This document shows positions 39,143 through 49,419 of a DNA stretch of 53,462 nt, piece after piece. The stretch spans positions 1-53,462 of the forward strand of contig JAHHTM010000001.1 in NCBI GenBank assembly GCA_020024675.1, in the 5' to 3' direction. Numbering within the stretch: position 1 is the first letter of the stretch; each line of letters begins with the position of its first letter. The notes under the pieces are model-generated. The model was not told where the DNA came from. It worked only from the letters and a program-made list of their open reading frames with translations, and did not search any database. This DNA comes from Muricomes sp. (GTDB taxonomy: Bacteria; Bacillota; Clostridia; Lachnospirales; Lachnospiraceae). The translations under genes were made by a program, and so were the position numbers.

Positions 39143-39353
39143 AAAATATTCCTTCCTGAAATTTTATTTTGAAATCAGTCATAAATTGAAGTTCCTTTTT
39201 ATATTATACTATATATGAGAAAAAATAAAAGTCCTTCTTTTTGTATAATATTAACAAAAAGAATAAAAGTTACAATGAAATATTGTAAAAAATGTGCACA
39301 ACATAGGAAACTATGTTATAATATTTTTAATTAACTAGGAATGAGGTGACAAC

Positions 39354-40628
39354 ATGATCAAGAAAGAAATGATTGCCATGTTACTTGCTGGGGGACAAGG
39401 TAGTCGACTAGGGGTTTTGACCGCAAAAGTTGCAAAGCCAGCGGTGGCTTTTGGAGGTAAATATCGTATCATTGATTTTCCTTTGAGTAATTGTATTAAC
39501 TCAGGAGTAGATACTGTAGGTGTATTGACACAGTATCAGCCGCTTAGATTAAACACGCATATTGGAATCGGGATTCCATGGGATCTAGATCGTAATGTTG
39601 GAGGTGTGACCATTCTTCCGCCATATGAAAAAAGTGCGAGCAGTGAATGGTATACAGGAACAGCCAATGCGATTTATCAGAATCTGGACTACATAGATAC
39701 ATATAATCCTGATTATGTGTTGATTTTATCAGGAGATCATATTTATAAGATGGATTACCAGATTATGCTTGATTTCCATAAGGAAAACAAAGCGGATGTG
39801 ACTATAGCTACGATGCCTGTACCTATAGAGGAAGCAAGTCGTTTTGGAATAGTTGTCACAAATGATGAAAATCAGATTCAGGAATTTGAAGAAAAGCCAG
39901 AACATCCAAGTAGTAATCTTGCATCAATGGGAATTTATATATTTAATTGGAAGGTACTAAGAGAGGCACTTATCACATTATTAGCTCAGCCAAATTGCGA
40001 TTTTGGAAAGCATGTCATCCCGTATTGTCATGAAAATGGAAAGCGTTTATTTGCATATGAGTATAATGGTTACTGGAAAGATGTCGGTACATTGAGTTCG
40101 TACTGGGAAGCAAATATGGAACTTATAGATATTATTCCTGAGTTTAATCTTTACGAAGAATTTTGGAAGATATATACCAATAGTTCAAATCTCCCACCAC
40201 AGTATATTTCGGAAGATGCGGCAATTGATAAATGTATTATCGGAAATGGCGCAGAGATTTGTGGAGAACTGAAAAGTTCAGTACTCGGTGGTGGCGTAAC
40301 AGTAGGAAAAGGCAGTGTGATCAAAGACTCTATTCTCATGAGAGATGTGGTTGTCGGAGAAAACTGTGTGATTGATAAAGCAATCATTGCGGAAGGAACA
40401 GTGATCGGAAACAATGTAGAGATTGGTGTTGGAGAAGAAGTCCCAAATAAAGTAAAGCCAAATATTTATGCGGGCGGACTTGCTACGATAGGAGAGAATT
40501 CTACAATACCGTCTGGAGTAAAAATAGGCAAGAATACCGCACTCAGTGGAAAAACAGAATTTGAGGATTATAAAGATGGTCTGCTTGAGAGTGGAGAAAC
40601 ATTAATAAAGGCAGGTGAGCGTGTATGA
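39354..40628 (+). CDS. glgC: glucose-1-phosphate adenylyltransferase catalytic subunit
   Basis: [45 protein letters not shown] and a C-terminal LbH repeat domain. Confidence 0.95.
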   Translation: MIKKEMIAMLLAGGQGSRLGVLTAKVAKPAVAFGGKYRIIDFPLSNCINSGVDTVGVLTQYQPLRLNTHIGIGIPWDLDRNVGGVTILPPYEKSASSEWYTGTANAIYQNLDYIDTYNPDYVLILSGDHIYKMDYQIMLDFHKENKADVTIATMPVPIEEASRFGIVVTNDENQIQEFEEKPEHPSSNLASMGIYIFNWKVLREALITLLAQPNCDFGKHVIPYCHENGKRLFAYEYNGYWKDVGTLSSYWEANMELIDIIPEFNLYEEFWKIYTNSSNLPPQYISEDAAIDKCIIGNGAEICGELKSSVLGGGVTVGKGSVIKDSILMRDVVVGENCVIDKAIIAEGTVIGNNVEIGVGEEVPNKVKPNIYAGGLATIGENSTIPSGVKIGKNTALSGKTEFEDYKDGLLESGETLIKAGERV

Positions 40629-41743
40629 GAGCAGTAGGCATAATCCTTGCAGGAGGAAATAATAGAAAAATGAAGGAACTGACTGCCAAACGTGCTGTAG
40701 CAGCTATGCCGATTGCAGGAAGTTACCGGGCAATTGATTTTGCACTTAGTAATATGACAAATTCCCGTATACAGAAAGTTGCAGTACTTACACAGTATAA
40801 TGCAAGGTCATTACATGAGCACCTTAATTCATCGAAATGGTGGGATTTTGGAAGAAAACAAGGTGGACTGTTTGTGTTTACCCCTACGATCACAGCAGAT
40901 AATGACTGTTGGTATAGAGGAACAGCAGATGCAATTTATCAGAACCTTGATTTTTTAAAAAAGTGTCATGAACCGTATGTGATCATTACATCTGGCGATG
41001 CAGTGTACAAGCTTGATTATAATAAAGTGCTTGAGTATCATATCGCAAAAAAATCAGACATTACTGTTGTATGTAAGGAATTAGAAGATGGAGAGGATGC
41101 TACTCGGTTTGGTACGCTGCGCATGGATGAATCAGCAAGAATTTTGGAATTTGAAGAAAAGCCGATGGTTGCGAAATCACAGGTGGTTTCTACTGGAATT
41201 TATGTCCTAAGGAGAAGGCAGCTAATCGATATGATCGAGCATATAGCGGAAGAAGAAAGACATGATTTTGTTACAGATATTCTTATTCGATATAAGAATC
41301 TGAAAAAAATATACGGCTATAAGATAAATAACTACTGGAGTAATATTTCAACAGTAGATGCATATTACAAAACCAATATGGATTTTTTGAAACCAGAAGT
41401 ACGAAAATATTTCTTTAAAGAACTTCCAGCAATTAGTTCAAAGGTAAGTGATCTTCCTCCGGCTAAATATAATCCGGGTGCAGTTGTGAAAAATAGTCTT
41501 ATAGGAAGCGGAAGTATCATAAATGGAACAGTAGAAAATTCCGTTATATTTAAGAAAGTATTCATTGGAAACAACTGTGTGATTAAGAATTCAATTATAT
41601 TGAATGATGTATACATTGGAGATAATAGTTACATCGAAAATTGCATTGTTGAAAGTCACGATACAATAAGAGCCAATACAAAGCAAGTAGGAGAAGATGG
41701 CGTAAAAGTTGTAGTTGAAAAAAATGAAAGATATGCATTATAA
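40625..41743 (+). CDS. glgD: glucose-1-phosphate adenylyltransferase subunit GlgD
   Basis: GlgC paralog lacking the GGxGxRL loop ([13 protein letters not shown]). The ATGA start/stop overlaps glgC, the typical Firmicute glgCD arrangement. Confidence 0.9.
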   Translation: MRAVGIILAGGNNRKMKELTAKRAVAAMPIAGSYRAIDFALSNMTNSRIQKVAVLTQYNARSLHEHLNSSKWWDFGRKQGGLFVFTPTITADNDCWYRGTADAIYQNLDFLKKCHEPYVIITSGDAVYKLDYNKVLEYHIAKKSDITVVCKELEDGEDATRFGTLRMDESARILEFEEKPMVAKSQVVSTGIYVLRRRQLIDMIEHIAEEERHDFVTDILIRYKNLKKIYGYKINNYWSNISTVDAYYKTNMDFLKPEVRKYFFKELPAISSKVSDLPPAKYNPGAVVKNSLIGSGSIINGTVENSVIFKKVFIGNNCVIKNSIILNDVYIGDNSYIENCIVESHDTIRANTKQVGEDGVKVVVEKNERYAL

Positions 41744-41808
41744 CAGAGGTACTTATTAGTTGAAAAATAAGAACATAAAATGCAGGCAGAGAAAGGAGAC
41801 TTGAATTT

Positions 41809-42096
41809 ATGCAGATCACAGACGTACGAGTTCGAAAGGTAGCAAAAGAAGGAAAGTTGAAAGCAGTGGTTTCTATTACACTTGATGGAGAATTTGTTGT
41901 TCACGATATCAAGGTGATAGAAGGAGAAAAAGGGTTGTTTATTGCGATGCCTAGCAAAAAGGCAATGGATGGAGAGTACAGAGATATTGCACATCCTATT
42001 AATACCAGTACAAGGGAATATATTCAGGGAGTGATACTTGAAAAGTATAAAGTTGCTCTGGAAGAAGAACCGGAAGGACTGGAAGTAGAAATGTAA
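41809..42096 (+). CDS. spoVG: septation/sporulation regulator SpoVG
   Basis: [49 protein letters not shown]. Confidence 0.95.
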   Translation: MQITDVRVRKVAKEGKLKAVVSITLDGEFVVHDIKVIEGEKGLFIAMPSKKAMDGEYRDIAHPINTSTREYIQGVILEKYKVALEEEPEGLEVEM

Positions 42097-42100
42097 CATA

Positions 42101-42133
42101 AAAAGACGGCTGCATATACAGTCGTCTTTTTGT
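42101..42133. terminator. bidirectional terminator between spoVG (+) and the rluA-family gene (-)
   Basis: AAAAGACGGCTG / CAGTCGTCTTTT stem with a 6-nt loop. Confidence 0.75.
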
Positions 42134-42796
42134 TTAAGGAAGGTTCAAAGTGAACTCCATATGTTTTCCGGTTTTTGGATGTTTAAAAGCTAATTTACAT
42201 GCGAAAAGTTGCAAAGAAGTCTGGATGGAATAATCCGGCATTCCACCATATTTTCTATCTCCTAATATAGGACAGCCGGCGTGAGAGAGCTGTACACGAA
42301 TCTGATGATGCCGACCAGTTTCTAAGGTGATTTCAGCAAGTGGATAAGAAATACCATTTTCAAAATCTATATTACCTAAACTTTTATAAAACAGAACAGC
42401 TTTTTTGGAACCAGGTGTGTTGCTGGAACATACTTTTGAAGAATTTGTCCGACCGTCTTTTATAAGATAATCGGTGAGGGTGCCTTCTTCATCGGGAAGT
42501 GGATTGGTAAGAACAGCATGATAGATTTTACCAAAACCTGAATTGTTAAGCTGCTTATTCAATTCTTTTGTGGCAGCAGGAGTTTTGGAAAAAACAAGCA
42601 GCCCTTCTACTGGCTGATCCAGACGATGGATGACGGCAAGATAAGGCTCCTTTTTTACGCTGCTGTTTTTATATATATGGGTTTTTAAAATGCTTACCAT
42701 ATCAGGGGTTCCGATTTTTGCAGATTGAGTCGCAATGCCGGAAGGTTTATGACATACAAGAATGTGGGAATCTTCATATATAATATCAGAGGTCAT
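42134..42796 (-). CDS. RluA-family pseudouridine synthase
   Basis: HRLDQPVEGLLVFSK (catalytic Asp motif) and GRHHQIRVQL. AAGGAGAA RBS 6 nt before ATG 42796 (the track start at 42838 is TTG). Confidence 0.85.
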   Translation of the reverse strand: MTSDIIYEDSHILVCHKPSGIATQSAKIGTPDMVSILKTHIYKNSSVKKEPYLAVIHRLDQPVEGLLVFSKTPAATKELNKQLNNSGFGKIYHAVLTNPLPDEEGTLTDYLIKDGRTNSSKVCSSNTPGSKKAVLFYKSLGNIDFENGISYPLAEITLETGRHHQIRVQLSHAGCPILGDRKYGGMPDYSIQTSLQLFACKLAFKHPKTGKHMEFTLNLP

Positions 42797-42884
42797 ATTC
42801 TGTTCTCCTTTTACTTTATATCCTTGACTTTTTGCCAAATTCTGACTACACTGATTATCGTATAAAAGAAAGGTGAGGTCAAGT

Positions 42885-43859
42885 ATGATAGCATATTTAG
42901 TTTTGATAATTGGTTTTTTCTTATTAATTAAAGGAGCCGATTATTTTGTGGATGGAAGTTCAAGTGTAGCGAAAATTTTGAAAGTACCGGCTATAGTAAT
43001 TGGGCTTACCGTTGTAGCGTTTGGAACATCACTTCCAGAAGCATCTGTCAGTATTACAGCGGCGCTTCAGGGAAAAAATGAGTTGGCAGTAAGTAATGTA
43101 ATCGGGTCAAATATTTTTAATCTTCTTGTTGTGTTGGGGGCAAGTGCACTTGTAAATCCGATTAGTGTAAAGTGGTCTGTTCTAAAAAGAGAGTTTCCAT
43201 TTTCGATAGTGATCACAGCAGTGCTTCTTTTAAGTCTTGTCGGGTTTAATGTTCGCCAGATCATGGATCAGGATGCTCAATATTATTTATCCAGAAGAGA
43301 AGGAGTAATTCTATTTATTTTGTTCATCGGTTTTCTTATATCTGCAGTCTGGGATGCGCTTCGTTCTAGAAAGAAACAATCAGACTCCGAAGAAATCGAA
43401 GATTATAAGATACTTTCTCCATTAAAAAGTGCCGTGTATATATTGGTTGGTATCATTGGAATTATAATTGGAGGAGATTTTGTGGTGGACAGTGCATCTG
43501 CGATTGCAAGAAGTTTTGGGTTAAGTCAGACATTTATCGGACTTACGATTGTTGCTCTTGGTACATCACTTCCAGAACTTGTGACATCAGTTGTAGCTTC
43601 TAAAAAAGGAGAAAATGATCTGGCAGTAGGAAATGTTGTTGGTTCTAATATATTCAATATTTTATTAATCCTCGGAGCGTCTGCTGCTATTTCTCCAATC
43701 ATGGTTACAGGACTTGCAATTCAGGATACGGTGATCCTTATTGTAGCAAGTGTTCTGGTATATATTTGTGCTGTCAGCAAGAAAGGATTGTCTAAATTGG
43801 AGGGGGCAATGTTCCTTATGTTTTATGCTGTATTTTTCGCATATATTTTAATGCGATAA
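42885..43859 (+). CDS. CaCA-family sodium/calcium antiporter (YrbG-like)
   Basis: Two alpha-repeats: GTSLPEASVS...SNVIGSNIFNLL and GTSLPELVTS...GNVVGSNIFNILL. Confidence 0.85.
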   Translation: MIAYLVLIIGFFLLIKGADYFVDGSSSVAKILKVPAIVIGLTVVAFGTSLPEASVSITAALQGKNELAVSNVIGSNIFNLLVVLGASALVNPISVKWSVLKREFPFSIVITAVLLLSLVGFNVRQIMDQDAQYYLSRREGVILFILFIGFLISAVWDALRSRKKQSDSEEIEDYKILSPLKSAVYILVGIIGIIIGGDFVVDSASAIARSFGLSQTFIGLTIVALGTSLPELVTSVVASKKGENDLAVGNVVGSNIFNILLILGASAAISPIMVTGLAIQDTVILIVASVLVYICAVSKKGLSKLEGAMFLMFYAVFFAYILMR

Positions 43860-43871
43860 AGAAGCGTTTCG

Positions 43872-43900
43872 TTGATTTTTTACATGTTTTACCTTATAAT
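43872..43900 (+). promoter_or_regulatory. sigma-A promoter of the xpaC-like/telA-like operon
   Basis: TTGATT (43872-43877), 17-nt spacer, TATAAT (43895-43900). Confidence 0.55.
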
Positions 43901-43969
43901 TTACAGTAGGTGTGGGTTAGAAAAACAAAAAGAGCAGATGATGTACACCGGAAAGAACAGGTGAAATTT

Positions 43970-45112
43970 ATGTTGTATCAAGATTTAGACAAATTAGGGG
44001 AAGAAATACGAAGAACTGTACAAAATGCAGTGGATTCTCGAGATTTTTATAGTCTTAATCAAACAATTACAAATACAGTAAATCAGGCTACTGAAGGAAT
44101 TCGAAAATTTTCGGAACAAGGAATCTATAAACCGACAGATGCTGTAATTCCTCCGTTGTTGTTTAAAAGAACAAAAGGGACGAAGGTACAGGCAATCATA
44201 ATGATGATTGGTGGAGCAGTGTTGATCTTATCTATGCTTTCACCATTTGTAGTGTCTGTATTAGATTCGATTTTTACCATAGGAGTCAGAGCAGTAGGTG
44301 GTGCACTACTTGCTTCTTTATTTGGTGTGTTTATGGTAGGAGGAGGCGTCTTGTTTGGATGTGGAAGGAGTCTCCTTAAGAAAATCAAGCGATTTAATAT
44401 CTATATAGAAGAACTAGGGACAAAAGAATATTTTGATATTTCAACGGCGGCAAAACGTCTTGGAAAATCATCAAAATATGTTTTAAAAGATTTAAGAAAA
44501 ATGATACTGAAAAAATGGTTCTTGCAAGGGCATATTGATCGTCAGGGAACTTGTTTTATTGCCAGCCATGATGTTTTTGAACAATATGAAAATATGATGC
44601 TTCAGCTTGAGGCACAAAAGAAAGCTAAGGCAGAAGAATATGAGCGTCAGATGCAAGATCAGATGTCACGAGAAAAGCTTGATCCAAAGATACAGGAAGT
44701 GATCAAAACGGGTGACGAGTATGTGAAAAAAATTCGTGAATGCAATGACAAGATTCCGGGAGAAGAAATATCAGCAAAGATTTCAACAATAGAATTTTTG
44801 GTAGATCAGATTTTTGATCGTGTAGAACAAAATCCGGGATGTGTATCAGATATACGAAGACTTATGGAGTATTATCTACCTACCACGGTAAAACTTTTGG
44901 AAGCTTATGCTGAATTAGATGCGATGCCTGTTTCCGGAGAAAATATTGTGTCATCAAAGAAAGAGATCGAGGATACACTGGATACATTAAATACAGCTTT
45001 TACTAAATTATTAGACAGTCTGTTTCAGGAAAAAGCATGGGATGTTTCTTCAGATATTTCTGTATTAAACACAATGCTTGCGCAGGAAGGACTGACAAAA
45101 GACGATTTTTAA
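43970..45112 (+). CDS. membrane protein with a C-terminal XpaC-like (5-bromo-4-chloroindolyl phosphate hydrolysis family) helical domain
   Basis: Two or three central TM helices and a C-terminal helical region. The call rests mainly on gene order (B. subtilis xpaC-yaaN equivalent), since it lies directly upstream of the TelA-like gene. AGGTGA RBS before ATG 43970. Confidence 0.45.
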   Translation: MLYQDLDKLGEEIRRTVQNAVDSRDFYSLNQTITNTVNQATEGIRKFSEQGIYKPTDAVIPPLLFKRTKGTKVQAIIMMIGGAVLILSMLSPFVVSVLDSIFTIGVRAVGGALLASLFGVFMVGGGVLFGCGRSLLKKIKRFNIYIEELGTKEYFDISTAAKRLGKSSKYVLKDLRKMILKKWFLQGHIDRQGTCFIASHDVFEQYENMMLQLEAQKKAKAEEYERQMQDQMSREKLDPKIQEVIKTGDEYVKKIRECNDKIPGEEISAKISTIEFLVDQIFDRVEQNPGCVSDIRRLMEYYLPTTVKLLEAYAELDAMPVSGENIVSSKKEIEDTLDTLNTAFTKLLDSLFQEKAWDVSSDISVLNTMLAQEGLTKDDF

Positions 45113-45127
45113 AAGGGAGGCAGACCT

Positions 45128-46267
45128 ATGACAGATGAATTTAAAGAGTTTTCAACAACCCCGACATTAACACTGGAACCATTTAAAGAGACAAAACAAG
45201 AAGTAACAGAGCAAAACGAAGAGTCAAAAGAGGCTCTTGAAGAAAACATCCTGACAGATGAGGAAAAGAAAATAGTAGATGGATTTGTACAAAAAATCGA
45301 TCTTACAGATTCTGCGATGATCTTACAGTATGGCGCCGGTACACAGAAAAAAATGGCTGATTTTTCGGAAACAGCATTGGAAAATGTGCGTACAAAAGAT
45401 TTAGGAGAAGTAGGAAATCTTCTCACAGGAGTTGTAAAAGAATTAAAAGAATTTGACGCAGATGAGGAAGAAAAAGGATTTTTTGGATTTTTGAAAAAAC
45501 CTGTCAATAAGATCACTGCCTTGAAAACAAAATATACGAAAGCAGAAGCTACTGTAAATGAAATATGCAAGGCATTAGAAGGACATCAGGTTCAGCTTAT
45601 GAAAGATGTTGCGGTTCTTGATAAAATGTATGAAGTGAATCTGACATATTTTAAAGAACTTACGATGTACGTGATGGCAGGAAAGAAAAAATTACAGGAA
45701 GTGCGTGATACACAACTGAAAAATATTATGGAAAAAGCTCAGGCGTCAGGACTTTCGGAAGATGCTCAGGCTGCGCGAGATCTGGCGGCTATGTGTGAAA
45801 GATTTGAAAAGAAAATCCATGACCTTGAACTGACACGTACAATCTGTATGCAGACAGCACCGCAGATTCGACTGATTCAAGGAAATAACACGCAGATGGT
45901 TGAAAAAATCCAGTCAACACTCGTAAATACCATTCCGTTATGGAAAAGTCAAATGGTTCTTGCGCTTGGTGTAGAGCATTCTCAGCAGGCTGCACAGGCA
46001 CAACGAGAAGTGACAGACATGACAAATGAGCTTCTTAAAAAGAATGCTGAGAAGTTAAAGATTGCGACAGTGGAGACTGCCAAAGAATCAAACCGTGGTA
46101 TAGCAGATCTTGAAACATTAAAACACACAAATGAAACGCTCATTGCTACCCTTGACGAGGTAATGCAGATTCAAGCAGAAGGAAGAACAAAACGTCAGGA
46201 AGCAGAGCAGGAAATGAAACGTATGGAAAATGAACTGAAAGCAAAGCTGCTTCAGATTCAAGGATAA
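45128..46267 (+). CDS. TelA/YaaN-family toxic anion resistance protein
   Basis: 379-aa all-helical protein with a TelA-like pattern (ILQYGAGTQKKMADFSE...LGEVGNLL...). AAGGGAGG RBS. Confidence 0.8.
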   Translation: MTDEFKEFSTTPTLTLEPFKETKQEVTEQNEESKEALEENILTDEEKKIVDGFVQKIDLTDSAMILQYGAGTQKKMADFSETALENVRTKDLGEVGNLLTGVVKELKEFDADEEEKGFFGFLKKPVNKITALKTKYTKAEATVNEICKALEGHQVQLMKDVAVLDKMYEVNLTYFKELTMYVMAGKKKLQEVRDTQLKNIMEKAQASGLSEDAQAARDLAAMCERFEKKIHDLELTRTICMQTAPQIRLIQGNNTQMVEKIQSTLVNTIPLWKSQMVLALGVEHSQQAAQAQREVTDMTNELLKKNAEKLKIATVETAKESNRGIADLETLKHTNETLIATLDEVMQIQAEGRTKRQEAEQEMKRMENELKAKLLQIQG

Positions 46268-46279
46268 AGGAAACCTACC

Positions 46280-46308
46280 TTGACAAAGAAGCAGATTTCA
46301 GTTAAAAT
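46280..46308 (+). promoter_or_regulatory. sigma-A promoter of the proS T-box leader
   Basis: TTGACA (46280-46285), 17-nt spacer, TAAAAT (46303-46308). Confidence 0.6.
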
Positions 46309-46314
46309 CACACA

Positions 46315-46555
46315 TATTACAGGCTGTGAAAGGGAATAGTAAATACATAGAGGCCTTACAGAGAGGGAATGCATGCTGAGAAATTCCCGGATGGAGTGTA
46401 TAGAACCAGCCCTGGAGCTTTTACATGAAAATGTAACGTAAAACCGGCGTTAACGGTCAAAGAGTGAACTGTACAATATGCAGTTAATTAGGGTGGTACC
46501 GCCGAGAATTTTCGGTCCCTTACAAGAGGGAAGAAAATCTTCGGCGGTTTTCTTT
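46315..46555 (+). promoter_or_regulatory. T-box riboswitch leader, proline specifier (CCA)
   Basis: Stem I has a GA/K-turn (GCUGUGAAAGGG...CCCUGGAGC), an S-turn AGUA/GAA, specifier CCA at 46406-46408 followed by a purine, and an AGAGAG bulge. The T-box sequence AATTAGGGTGGTACCGCCG is at 46486-46504. The terminator stem runs 46498-46548 and is followed by a T-tract. Confidence 0.85.
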
Positions 46556-46599
46556 CTTCTGATATAAATTGACAATAGACTATGTAAAGGAGACACATT

Positions 46600-48042
46600 A
46601 TGGCTAAGGAAAAGAAATTAGTACAGGCGATCACATCCAGAGAAGAAGATTTTGCACAGTGGTATACAGATGTGGTACGTGAAGCAAAGCTGTGTGATTA
46701 TTCAGAGGTAAAAGGATGTTTAAATTATCTTCCAAATGGATATGCACTTTGGGAAAATATTCAGGCAGATCTTGATAAACGTTTTAAGGCTACAGGCGTT
46801 GAAAATGTTTATCTTCCAGTTCTTATTCCGGAATATCTTCTTCAGAAAGAGGCAGATCATATTGATGGATTCGCACCAGAAGTAGCCTGGGTTACAAAAG
46901 GAGGACTTGATGATCTTCAGGATAAGTTCTGTATCCGTCCTACATCAGAGACATTATTCTGTGATCTTTGGAGCAAAACTGTTCAGTCTTATAGAGATCT
47001 TCCAAAAGTATGGAACCAGTGGTGTTCAGTTCTTCGTTGGGAAAAGACTACAAGACCTTTCTTACGTTCAAGAGAATTCTTATGGCAGGAAGGACATACA
47101 ATTCATGCCACATTTGAAGAAGCAGAGCAAAGAACACTGACAATGCGTGATGTATACAGAGACTTTATCCAGGATGATCTGGCAATTCCTCTTGTATCAG
47201 GACGTAAGACAGCAAGTGAAAAATTCGCAGGAGCACAGGATACATATACAGTAGAAGCTCTTATGCATGATGGAAAAGCACTTCAGTCAGCAACAAGTCA
47301 TTTCTTTGGAAATTCATTCCCAGATGCGTTTGGAATTAAGTATTCTGATAAAAACAATGAACTTCATAGTGTATATGAAACATCATGGGGATTATCAACA
47401 AGAATCATTGGAGCTATGATCATGGTACATGGAGATGACAGCGGACTTGTTGTCCCACCAAGAATCGCACCGGTACAGACAAGAGTGATTCCAATTGCAC
47501 AGCATAAGGAAGGCGTTCTTGAAAAAGCAACAGAACTTATGAATACATTAAAAGAAGCCGGATATAGAGTGAAAATTGATGATTCAGAGAAGAGTCCTGG
47601 ATGGAAATTTAGTGAGCAGGAAATGCTTGGTATCCCAACAAGAATTGAGATTGGACCAAAAGATATAGAGAATAATCAGGTTGTAGTTGTTCGACGTGAC
47701 ACAAGAGAAAAGATTGTGGTATCAATGGATGAGATCACAACAAAACTTGCTGAAATTCTTGAAACAATTCAGAAAGACATGTTTGATCGTGCAAAAGCAT
47801 TTTTGGATTCTCACATTGAAACAGCGGTTACAATGGATGAGATGAAAGAAAAAGCAGAGACAAAAACAGGATTTATTAAAGCAATGTGGTGTGGGGATCC
47901 AGAGTGTGAAGCGAACATCAAGTCTATGACAGGCGGTGTTACATCAAGATGTATTCCAGAAGAGGAAGAACATTTATCAGATGTATGTGTATGTTGTGGA
48001 AAGCCTGCAAAACACATGGTTTACTGGGGGAAAGCATACTAA
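46600..48042 (+). CDS. proS: prolyl-tRNA synthetase (archaeal/eukaryote-like ~480 aa type)
   Basis: Class II motifs ([23 protein letters not shown]) and a C-terminal Zn-binding domain CGDPECE...CVCCGKPA...YWGKAY. Confidence 0.95.
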   Translation: MAKEKKLVQAITSREEDFAQWYTDVVREAKLCDYSEVKGCLNYLPNGYALWENIQADLDKRFKATGVENVYLPVLIPEYLLQKEADHIDGFAPEVAWVTKGGLDDLQDKFCIRPTSETLFCDLWSKTVQSYRDLPKVWNQWCSVLRWEKTTRPFLRSREFLWQEGHTIHATFEEAEQRTLTMRDVYRDFIQDDLAIPLVSGRKTASEKFAGAQDTYTVEALMHDGKALQSATSHFFGNSFPDAFGIKYSDKNNELHSVYETSWGLSTRIIGAMIMVHGDDSGLVVPPRIAPVQTRVIPIAQHKEGVLEKATELMNTLKEAGYRVKIDDSEKSPGWKFSEQEMLGIPTRIEIGPKDIENNQVVVVRRDTREKIVVSMDEITTKLAEILETIQKDMFDRAKAFLDSHIETAVTMDEMKEKAETKTGFIKAMWCGDPECEANIKSMTGGVTSRCIPEEEEHLSDVCVCCGKPAKHMVYWGKAY

Positions 48043-48057
48043 AAGAGAAAGAAAAGA

Positions 48058-48099
48058 ATCGGAATGTACAAGGAAAAAAGTACATTCCGATCTTTTTTT
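48058..48099 (+). terminator. rho-independent terminator after proS
   Basis: ATCGGAATGTAC / GTACATTCCGAT 12-bp stem with a 10-nt loop, followed by cTTTTTTT. Confidence 0.8.
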
Positions 48100-48129
48100 A
48101 TGAAAACATACAAAAAGCAGGAAAATCCC

Positions 48130-48158
48130 TTGACTTTCCATAAAAAACGTAATACACT
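48130..48158 (+). promoter_or_regulatory. candidate str-operon promoter
   Basis: TTGACT (48130-48135), 17-nt spacer, TACACT (48153-48158). Confidence 0.4.
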
Positions 48159-48277
48159 AATTTAGCATGCACAGAAAGGAAAAACTTTTTGCAAATGCAA
48201 ACAAAGATAATTACGATTATCTGCAACCCGCTGTCACGCAAGTGATGGCAGACGAAATATCATAGGAGGTGAAAAGA

Positions 48278-48700
48278 ATGCCAACATTTAACCAGTTAGT
48301 TAGAAAAGGTCGTCAGACTTCTGAAAGAAAGTCTACAGCACCAGCACTTCAGAAAGGATACAACTCTCTTAAGAAACGTGCTACTAATGTATCTGCACCA
48401 CAGAAGAGAGGTGTATGTACAGCTGTTAAGACAGCTACACCAAAGAAGCCTAACTCAGCTCTGAGAAAAATTGCCAGAGTTCGTCTTTCTAACGGAATCG
48501 AAGTAACAAGCTACATTCCAGGTGAAGGACACAACCTTCAGGAGCATAGCGTTGTTCTTATCCGTGGAGGAAGAGTTAAAGACTTACCTGGTACAAGATA
48601 CCACATCGTTCGTGGTACACTTGATACAGCAGGTGTTGCTAAGAGAAGACAGGCTCGTTCTAAATACGGCGCTAAGAGACCTAAAGACGCTAAAAAATAA
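48278..48700 (+). CDS. rpsL: 30S ribosomal protein S12
   Basis: [12 protein letters not shown]...PQKRGVCT...[11 protein letters not shown]...[21 protein letters not shown] before ATG 48278. Confidence 0.97.
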   Translation: MPTFNQLVRKGRQTSERKSTAPALQKGYNSLKKRATNVSAPQKRGVCTAVKTATPKKPNSALRKIARVRLSNGIEVTSYIPGEGHNLQEHSVVLIRGGRVKDLPGTRYHIVRGTLDTAGVAKRRQARSKYGAKRPKDAKK

Positions 48701-48890
48701 TTTAGCAGTTCAGGTTTGTCGTAATGCTTAGTAAAATTAAGTAACTAAACAGTTAAATCGTATCACAAACAGAACTATGATTATCGTAGGTTGCGGATTT
48801 AAGATACTTTTAGTCCCGCGGCCACGAGCACATGAACCGCGAATCATCGCGATTTCCATAGAAAGACACATGTGAGTACCGATGAATTAA

Positions 48891-49403
<513 letters not shown>

Positions 49404-49419
49404 TTAGGAGGACAAAATC

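Noticed and set aside
48278-48700. ~13-aa insertion in S12 relative to E. coli ([16 protein letters not shown])
   Set aside because: The same insertion is present in B. subtilis and other Firmicute S12 proteins. It is a lineage trait, not an anomaly. K43 and the PNSA region are wild type.
48777-48875. 32-codon ATG ORF in the rpsL-rpsG spacer
   Set aside because: It has no Shine-Dalgarno within 15 nt upstream, and its Arg/Pro-rich composition comes from the GC-rich hairpin region. It is more parsimoniously RNA structure.
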